A stretch of DNA of 32,000 nt from Candidatus Nitrosopumilus koreensis AR1 (lineage in GTDB: Archaea > Thermoproteota > Nitrososphaeria > Nitrososphaerales > Nitrosopumilaceae). The stretch covers positions 1,440,001 through 1,472,000 of the forward strand of contig NC_018655.1 in the NCBI RefSeq assembly GCF_000299365.1. The letters run 5' to 3'. The notes under the pieces are model-generated. The model searched no databases. It was not told where the DNA came from and saw nothing but the letters and a program-made list of their open reading frames with translations. Numbering within the stretch: position 1 is the first letter of the stretch; every line of letters starts with the position of its first letter. The translations under genes and the position numbers were made by a program. Below, piece after piece: positions 26,240 through 32,000 of the stretch.

Positions 26240-26590
26240 TTAGTTGTTTATGTTAGAGATGACATGTTCGATGTTAAAGGGTTTTTGGATTACAGGCACA
26301 TTCAATTTTTCTAATTTCTCTTCAGTCTGACTACTTGTATCGGCAGTAACTGCAATTATCCGTGCTGTTGGTTCAATTTCTTGAATTTTCTTAATTGCAT
26401 AAAAACCAGAACCATTAGGCATATTGAGATCAATAAGAGTCACATCAGGTTTTAATTTTTTAAACAATTTAACAGCGGTGATACCATCAAATCCATTTCC
26501 TACAACATTAATGCCCTTCTCTTCAAGAAATTCGGAAAACAGTCTAACAGTATCTTCATCATCATCGACAATAATCACAGACTTGCTCAT
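26240..26590 (-). CDS. Stand-alone CheY-like response regulator
   Basis: VIIVDDDEDTVRLFSEFLEEKG, DVTLIDLNMPNGSGFYAI, IIAVTADT, PVIQKPF. Confidence 0.92.
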   Translation of the reverse strand: MSKSVIIVDDDEDTVRLFSEFLEEKGINVVGNGFDGITAVKLFKKLKPDVTLIDLNMPNGSGFYAIKKIQEIEPTARIIAVTADTSSQTEEKLEKLNVPVIQKPFNIEHVISNINN

Positions 26591-26615
26591 TATATTTATG
26601 AAAATGCTATAAGTT

Positions 26616-26623
26616 CTTTATAT
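26616..26623. promoter_or_regulatory. Shared/overlapping TATA-like element in a 55-bp divergent intergenic
   Basis: CTTTATAT; center about 26 nt before ATG 26646 (+) and about 29 nt before ATG 26590 (-). Confidence 0.45.
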
Positions 26624-26645
26624 CTTACATCTTTAGATATCACAC

Positions 26646-27257
26646 ATGGCAGGATTAGACAAATTAATTTCATTATCATTACCATCAATAATTAAGAAAA
26701 AAATTGATGTTGACACGCTAAAAAAGATTGAACGAGAATTGTTTTTAGAACATGGCATGTCAATAAAACTTTCAATGGAGCACTTTCAGACATTATTAAA
26801 AATTATCAAGAAAAATTCCGAAATAGATGTCAGCAGATTTGAAATGGAATGTCTGGAACAACTATTCCAAATAAAAAAATTAAAAGAAAACTATCATGTT
26901 ACAATTACCAATTCAAAATTAATTCATTTTATTTTAGACATACTTGGAGACGATGAAACCAGAAAGATGATTTTATACATTTTAAAAAGTGAACATACCA
27001 TACCTGAAATTATAAAAGAATCTGGAGTTCCCAAAACCTCAGGGTATAGAAAAATAGAGAATCTATTAATCAATGGGTTTTTCATAGAGACAGGAAAAAT
27101 CCTAAGTGAAAGCAAAAAAATTTCAAAAATTCAATGCGTATTTCAAGAAATTTTAGTTGATGCTAAAAAAGAAAAACTTACAGTCAGTGGAATTGTGCCT
27201 AAAAAAATATTTGAGAAAAGCACAACAATGAAATCTATTGTTAAAAACCTAGAATGA
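26646..27257 (+). CDS. Winged-helix/ArsR-like transcriptional regulator
   Basis: DDETRKMILYILKSEHTIPEIIKESGVPKTSGYRKIENLLINGFFIETG. Confidence 0.7.
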   Translation: MAGLDKLISLSLPSIIKKKIDVDTLKKIERELFLEHGMSIKLSMEHFQTLLKIIKKNSEIDVSRFEMECLEQLFQIKKLKENYHVTITNSKLIHFILDILGDDETRKMILYILKSEHTIPEIIKESGVPKTSGYRKIENLLINGFFIETGKILSESKKISKIQCVFQEILVDAKKEKLTVSGIVPKKIFEKSTTMKSIVKNLE

Positions 27258-27258
27258 A

Positions 27259-28113
27259 TTATTTAACAAGGTCAAGTAGTGCCTTTGCTTGTTTAAAATG
27301 AACCTCATCAATCATTTTTCCATCAACAGTAGTAGCACCTTTTCCTTTTTTTGTTGATGCAAGATAGGTTTTGCAAACTTTCTCAGCCCACAAAATTTCA
27401 CTTTTGTTTGGATGAAACAATTTGTGAGTTACAGAAATATGATCAGGATGAATAATGCTTTTTCCAGAATAGCCCAAACTTTTTCCAACTTTGCAATCTT
27501 TTTCTAATCCTTTTGTATCTTTAAGATCTTGCCAGATGGCATCAATTGCAGCAATACCTGCTGCACGTGCATCTACAGGAATTTTTCTTCTAGAGTATTT
27601 TGCACCTTCAGATTCTTTAGTATATTCTACTCCAAGATCATTGAGAAGATCAAATACGCCAAAAACTACCGCTGATACTCGTTTACTACAAGAAGCTATT
27701 TCGTAGGTGTTTACAACACCTTCTGCAGATTCTATAGAAGGGATTAGTTGCACGGGTTTTAGTTTACGTGTTTTTTCCAACCCTGAAATTATTTTTTCAA
27801 TTTTTTTGAGTTCTGTTGTGTTGTTGACCTTTGGAATTACAATTCCATCAATTCCTTTTTGAACAATTTCTTTAAGATCTGCAGGAATTTTGCCAGACAG
27901 AGGAGAATTTGTACGAACAAAAATTGAAGATTTGTATGATTTTCTAGATTTGAGTGCAGACTTGATTAGCTTTCTTGCAGTTGTTTTTTCAGCATCTGGA
28001 ACAGAGTCCTCTAAATCAAAACAAACAATATCAGCCTGTAGCGTTTTTGCTTTTTCTAGAAACCTAGAATTATTTCCGGGAACAAAAATGAGACTACGAA
28101 AGAGCTGAGTCAT
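27259..28113 (-). CDS. HpcH/HpaI aldolase / CitE-like (malyl-CoA lyase-type) protein
   Basis: RSLIFVPGNNSRFLEKAKTLQADIVCFDLEDSVPDAEK, VFVRTNSP-like IFVRTNSPLSG, VFGVFDLLNDLGVE, KSIIHPDHISVTHKLFHP. Confidence 0.88.
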   Translation of the reverse strand: MTQLFRSLIFVPGNNSRFLEKAKTLQADIVCFDLEDSVPDAEKTTARKLIKSALKSRKSYKSSIFVRTNSPLSGKIPADLKEIVQKGIDGIVIPKVNNTTELKKIEKIISGLEKTRKLKPVQLIPSIESAEGVVNTYEIASCSKRVSAVVFGVFDLLNDLGVEYTKESEGAKYSRRKIPVDARAAGIAAIDAIWQDLKDTKGLEKDCKVGKSLGYSGKSIIHPDHISVTHKLFHPNKSEILWAEKVCKTYLASTKKGKGATTVDGKMIDEVHFKQAKALLDLVK

Positions 28114-28120
28114 TAAATGA

Positions 28121-29200
28121 CTAAGCGCCTTCTGGCTTCATTAAGATTTTGCCAAAGAGTCCCTTACCGGTTAACATCTTTGTGTGAGCCTCAGCTGCTT
28201 GCTCAAATGTGTAAGTTGAGTCAATTGCTGCTTTGATTTTTCCTTGACCCATCCAGTAAAGGGCTTGATCAAGTTCGGCTTTGGTTCCTTGTGTTGAACC
28301 CAAGATGTTAGTTCCCTTAAAGAAGATGTGTCTCAGGTCAGTGTGTGCATCATAACCTGTTGTTGCACCACATGAAACTAGTGTAGCACCATATTTGAGT
28401 AAGGTTAGTTGTTTGTTCCAATGAGTCTCACCAATGTGATCAAATGAAACATCAATTCCTGGGACTTCACCTTTCTTTTTGGCAATTTCTTTGGTAATTG
28501 CTCTTACTTCTTTGTGCCAATCATCTTTTCTGTGATCAACCGCATAATCAGCACCAAGTTCTAGACATTTGTCTAATTTGTCTGGGCTTGCAGTTGCAAT
28601 AACATCACAATTGTATAGTTTTGCAATTTGAATTCCAAAACTTCCTACTCCAGAACCACCACCCATAATAAGTACGGTTTGACCGGGTGTAATCTTGGCT
28701 CTACCAACTAGCATATGCCAAGAGGTAAGAATTGTCATTGATGCAGCTGCTGCTTCATCATATGAAACGCCTTCAGGAATTTTTGAAACATTAACTTCTG
28801 GTAAGTGGGTTACTTCTTGATAAGCTCCCCAAGTTGGACCAGTTTGGAATCCCCAAATCATTCTGTTAACACAGTCAAATTCTCTTCCATCCGTACATGC
28901 TTTACAAACTCTGCATGACATGTTTGAGTGGGAAACTACTCTATCTCCAACTTTGATATTTTTTACATCCTCTCCAACTGCGATGACATCACCTGCAGCA
29001 TCAGAACCTGAAACATGTGGTAATGGTACAGGTACTGGTTGTCCTCGCATACCCCAAATATCATTATAATTTAGGGCTGCAGATTTTACTTTAAAAACAA
29101 CTTCATCTGCTTTTGGTTTTGGTTCATCTATATCCTGGACTTTAAGGATCTTAGCATAATCATCATCTGGTGCATATTCATTGTATACAACGGCTTTCAT
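28121..29200 (-). CDS. MDR-family zinc-containing dehydrogenase/enoyl reductase, acryloyl/crotonyl-CoA reductase-like
   Basis: PLPHVSGSDAAGDVIAVGEDVKNIKVGDRVV, CRVCKACTDGREFDC, GQTVLIMGGGSGVGSFGIQIAKLY, FDHIGETHW, GKLFGKILMKP-like end. Confidence 0.85.
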   Translation of the reverse strand: MKAVVYNEYAPDDDYAKILKVQDIDEPKPKADEVVFKVKSAALNYNDIWGMRGQPVPVPLPHVSGSDAAGDVIAVGEDVKNIKVGDRVVSHSNMSCRVCKACTDGREFDCVNRMIWGFQTGPTWGAYQEVTHLPEVNVSKIPEGVSYDEAAAASMTILTSWHMLVGRAKITPGQTVLIMGGGSGVGSFGIQIAKLYNCDVIATASPDKLDKCLELGADYAVDHRKDDWHKEVRAITKEIAKKKGEVPGIDVSFDHIGETHWNKQLTLLKYGATLVSCGATTGYDAHTDLRHIFFKGTNILGSTQGTKAELDQALYWMGQGKIKAAIDSTYTFEQAAEAHTKMLTGKGLFGKILMKPEGA

Positions 29201-29242
29201 GGATAAAGCAGTACCTTTCCCATAATTATATTTTATCTGAGA

Positions 29243-29524
29243 TCAGACACGATTGAACTTGAAATCTCGTTTTGGTTGTTGTGTAGAAAGCAAAATTTGC
29301 TTTAATTGATCGTCTGAGATTTGGCCAGGAATTTTTCCTTGGGTTGCCATTCCTATCAAATATTGCTCCACAAGATCTGCTAATTCTGGCTTTACCATTT
29401 TGATATTGTTTAATCTCATTCTTGCTTCGGGCACAAGAATCTGTTTTAGAATTTGTTCTTTTTGTGCAGATTGCTCGTGATCGTTATTATCTTGAGAAAA
29501 ATCGTTTGAATCAGGAAAACTCAT
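29243..29524 (-). CDS. PDCD5-family DNA-binding protein
   Basis: KEQILKQILVPEARMRLNNIKMVKPELADLVEQYLIGMATQGKIPGQISDDQLKQILL. Confidence 0.92.
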   Translation of the reverse strand: MSFPDSNDFSQDNNDHEQSAQKEQILKQILVPEARMRLNNIKMVKPELADLVEQYLIGMATQGKIPGQISDDQLKQILLSTQQPKRDFKFNRV

Positions 29525-29530
29525 TTTGAA

Positions 29531-29983
29531 TCAAGTGTAAACTTTCAATTGAGGATTTTCAACAATCATTTCTTTTAGAATTTCTGTTGCCAGTCTGTCA
29601 AGTTTTTGCATACCATGTTTAGAAACTACACGACCTTTTTTCTCAACTTTTTCCAGATAACCTAATTTTTCTAATCCATGAATGGCATTTCTAATAATTG
29701 CGCCGCCAGCATCTTTGTGATGAGCTGCACCATATCCAGATGGTTTGCCACCACCATAATCTTTTCTTAATTCGTTAATTCCAATTGGGCCGTGAAGGTA
29801 AATTTTTCTCATAATTGAAGCACATCTTGTATACCACCAATCACGGTTTTGTGGTGGTTTGTCAGCATGAGCTCCAGTTTTTACAAATGGAATCCAAGAA
29901 GGTGCTGGAATATCCTCATTTTTTAAAATATCAGCTAGTTTTCCTATCAGCACATCTGCTGGTACGTCATACACCTTTGCCAT
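29531..29983 (-). CDS. rps19e: 30S ribosomal protein S19e
   Basis: VYDVPADVLIGKLADILK, PSWIPFVKTGAHADKPPQNRDWWYTRCASIMRKIYLHGPIGI, YGG, HGMQKLDRLATEI. Confidence 0.96.
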   Translation of the reverse strand: MAKVYDVPADVLIGKLADILKNEDIPAPSWIPFVKTGAHADKPPQNRDWWYTRCASIMRKIYLHGPIGINELRKDYGGGKPSGYGAAHHKDAGGAIIRNAIHGLEKLGYLEKVEKKGRVVSKHGMQKLDRLATEILKEMIVENPQLKVYT

Positions 29984-30014
29984 GAAGACAAAAAATTGAG
30001 AATCGTCTTATAAA

Positions 30015-30335
30015 TCATTGAGATATTATTTTACGATAAGTATGCCCACACAAGTAGCAAGATATTCTGATCGACTTGACAGACGCTCTACCTAAACGGA
30101 TTCTAGAATTCACTCCAGGGGCAATGAATGATTTGCATTTTTTACAAAAAACCATTCTAAGCTCATAAGGCATTCGGATTTTGTGTCTAGTACTAATCCT
30201 TCTAGCAAGAAGTGCCTGGCGCTGAGAGAGTTTGGGATTTTCTTTTGCATTACTGATTGCATTTTTTATTAGAATGTGCATTCTCTCCATTGCAAGTTTT
30301 CTTACTGCAGGTTTCACAATAATTTCTGAGGTCAC
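30015..30335 (-). CDS. rnp4: RNase P protein component 4 (Rpp21/Rpr2)
   Basis: RMHILIKNAISNAKENPKLSQRQALLARRISTRHKIRMPYELRMVFCKKCKSFIAPGVNSRIRL...CYLCGHTYRK. Confidence 0.92.
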   Translation of the reverse strand: MTSEIIVKPAVRKLAMERMHILIKNAISNAKENPKLSQRQALLARRISTRHKIRMPYELRMVFCKKCKSFIAPGVNSRIRLGRASVKSIRISCYLCGHTYRKIISQ

Positions 30336-30364
30336 ACCTAAAAATTACTTGTTATTAGAAAAGA

Positions 30365-30438
30365 TGCAGTCAGCGGGATTCGAACCCGCGTCACAGGGTT
30401 GGAAACCCCGAATACTAACCAGGCTATACTATGACTGC
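30365..30438 (-). tRNA. tRNA-Gly (UCC), no encoded CCA
   Basis: GCAGTCATAGTATAGCCTGGTTAGTATTCGGGGTTTCCAACCCTGTGACGCGGGTTCGAATCCCGCTGACTGCA; 7-bp acceptor stem, anticodon loop TTTCCAA, T arm GCGGG-TTCGAAT-CCCGC. Confidence 0.93.
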
Positions 30439-30460
30439 AACAGAATGCAAATTTTGAGTC

Positions 30461-31129
30461 CTACATAAAAATGGTTTTTTCACACTCATACAGCATTCTG
30501 GCAACTACAGTGTGTCCTTCAAAGGATTCATCGCCAACCGAATACATTTGAGTGAACTTTTTTTCAATTATATCTGAAAAGTGTCCCTTTTGGAATCCCC
30601 CAAATACAAGGCAGGAGTCATTTGAAATATCGGCAGCAATTTTTTCATAAGAGTTCAAGTCGCCTTTGGTAGAAAACCCCAGTACATTTGATGGGTTTAT
30701 TTCATCTACTAGTTCTGGAAATGTTTTGTCTTTGATTTCAAGTAGGACATTATTATTTGCAATTATCTTTTTTTCTTTATACAATTTTTCAATTAAACCT
30801 TCGAATCGATGATATGATTTTGGCACATGCACATTTGATCCAAAAGAAATTACCTTATCATCAACTGTATGAACATAAAATTTGATTTTATTTTTTTGGT
30901 AAAGTGGAATTGTTGTAGCTTCAAGTATTGAAAAATGTACAAGGTCTGGCCGTCCTCTTTTCAATTCATTGTCAATTCCTTTCATTGCTGCAAAATGCCA
31001 TGAATTATCCAATAGAATTTCAGATGGATGTTTTCCCAATTTTCTTGCATGGGAAATTACAGATGGATGGTGTTTTAATTCAGACGGTACAAGCTCTAAT
31101 GCAGATTCTGCTAGAATTAAAGAAATCAT
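30461..31129 (-). CDS. nep1: 16S rRNA pseudouridine N1-methyltransferase Nep1 (Emg1)
   Basis: ISLILAESALELVP, RKLGKHPSEILLDNSWHFAAM, KRGRPDLVHFSILEATTIPLYQ, YVHTVDDKVISFGSNVHVPKSYHRFEGLIEKL. Confidence 0.92.
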   Translation of the reverse strand: MISLILAESALELVPSELKHHPSVISHARKLGKHPSEILLDNSWHFAAMKGIDNELKRGRPDLVHFSILEATTIPLYQKNKIKFYVHTVDDKVISFGSNVHVPKSYHRFEGLIEKLYKEKKIIANNNVLLEIKDKTFPELVDEINPSNVLGFSTKGDLNSYEKIAADISNDSCLVFGGFQKGHFSDIIEKKFTQMYSVGDESFEGHTVVARMLYECEKTIFM

Positions 31130-31130
31130 T

Positions 31131-32000
31131 TTAGTTTATCATTTGAATTTGATTTTTAAATTCATTCCAACTTGGTTTTGGATTGCCGTTCTCATCAAAT
31201 AATCCTGCATTACAGACGTAATGGTTTAGTCTCTCAATTACATGCTCACTACTTCCAAAACCAGAACCGCCAATCTCAAGTTTGCTTTCTCCAATATCCT
31301 GTGCTTCAAATGAGCAAGTTCCTTCTGGCTTGTCATATTGTCTATACCAAGTAAAAAACTCCAACTCTGATTCATTTTCTGTATAAAATTCAAAAGATTT
31401 TCCTACAAATTCAGTCTGAGAGTCTTCACTTCCACCAACAAAGTCAGATGTGCTCCAACTAATCTCAAAGATTGCAGCCTTTTTCTCACCTGCCAAATCA
31501 AAAATTTGTTCTAAATCTTCTTTTGCTTGTTGTGGAGTTTTTACCATCTCATTTAGGACATCAACAGGAGAGTAAGAAAATGCTACAAAATCACCAACAT
31601 CTAGATCAGTTACGATATATCTCAAGTTCTTACTCAAAACTTGGTGTAATGCAAATGAATTTCCAATTTTTACATCAGGATGTTTTTCTTTGATTTGGTC
31701 ATACACTCCTGTGAACAGTTCTTTGTAAGCAGGAATGTTTTGTTCATGATATCGGAATTGAGATTCTGTTTGTCCTGCAAGAATCACTGTATCAATAATG
31801 TCATATCGTGATAAAATTGCATCAAGTACGCTAACTACTCTATCTTCTCTAAGAGATTGAATTGGTGGGTTTCCAATCCAACTTGGGAAAGGTCCAAGAG
31901 TTTCTCCGTTAATTATTGAAAAGTAAAGTGTAACTTTGAGATCATTTTTTTTGTTAAAGCTCATCAGTGCATCAGAATATTGCCAATCATATTCCCCACG
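31131..32000 (-). CDS. Partial protein, possibly TIM-barrel glycoside-hydrolase-like; continues past the window edge
   Basis: The ORF extends upstream of the listed start through RGEYDWQYSDALMSF to the window end. VTLYFSIING, VIEISWSTS-like IFEISWSTSDF, FFTWYRQYD. Confidence 0.6.
   Translation of the reverse strand, partial: RGEYDWQYSDALMSFNKKNDLKVTLYFSIINGETLGPFPSWIGNPPIQSLREDRVVSVLDAILSRYDIIDTVILAGQTESQFRYHEQNIPAYKELFTGVYDQIKEKHPDVKIGNSFALHQVLSKNLRYIVTDLDVGDFVAFSYSPVDVLNEMVKTPQQAKEDLEQIFDLAGEKKAAIFEISWSTSDFVGGSEDSQTEFVGKSFEFYTENESELEFFTWYRQYDKPEGTCSFEAQDIGESKLEIGGSGFGSSEHVIERLNHYVCNAGLFDENGNPKPSWNEFKNQIQMIN

Noticed and set aside
1-32000. Defense system, prophage, transposon or integron
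   Set aside because: No transposase, integrase, nuclease-array, toxin-antitoxin pair or phage structural signatures; gene content is mostly housekeeping. The RHH-like mini-ORF has no convincing toxin partner.

Overview
This window looks like an AT-rich, gene-dense thaumarchaeal (ammonia-oxidizing archaeon, Nitrosopumilus-like) chromosome segment. That assignment is inference from protein families and gene content, with no database search. Recognisable modules, left to right: cobalamin genes (partial cbiB, a short CobQ-like protein, cobD/hisC-like); asd; an Lrp/AsnC gene with an in-frame stop and a frameshift; ctaB; three phasin-like coiled-coil proteins scattered through the window, one with a histone-H1-like basic tail; a DUF3892-like + DUF5679-like gene broken by a 7-bp tandem duplication; thioesterase; UbiD; a YqgF/RuvC-like protein; NAC and PUA protein; AbrB-PhoU regulator; HflX; Trm56; a frameshifted TFE; succinate-semialdehyde-type aldehyde dehydrogenase; a strongly base-paired intergenic element (candidate ncRNA); hemerythrin; a SWIB-like protein with an AAPKRK repeat tail; a compact riboflavin operon with an embedded amidohydrolase that has deaminase-type motifs; TPR; a small CopG/RHH-like ORF; CheY-like; HTH; CitE-like; acryloyl-CoA-reductase-like MDR; PDCD5, S19e, Rpp21; tRNA-Gly(UCC); Nep1; and a partial TIM-barrel-like protein. 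No CRISPR, transposon or phage module is visible. The strongest leads are: (1) the amidohydrolase as a candidate for the unassigned archaeal riboflavin deaminase or formamide hydrolase step; (2) the structured element at 19534-19648 with a TATA-like box about 25 nt upstream; (3) CobQ without its glutaminase domain; (4) the phasin-like and basic-tail protein families; (5) repeated single-A homopolymer frameshifts, which may be assembly errors and should be resolved first.
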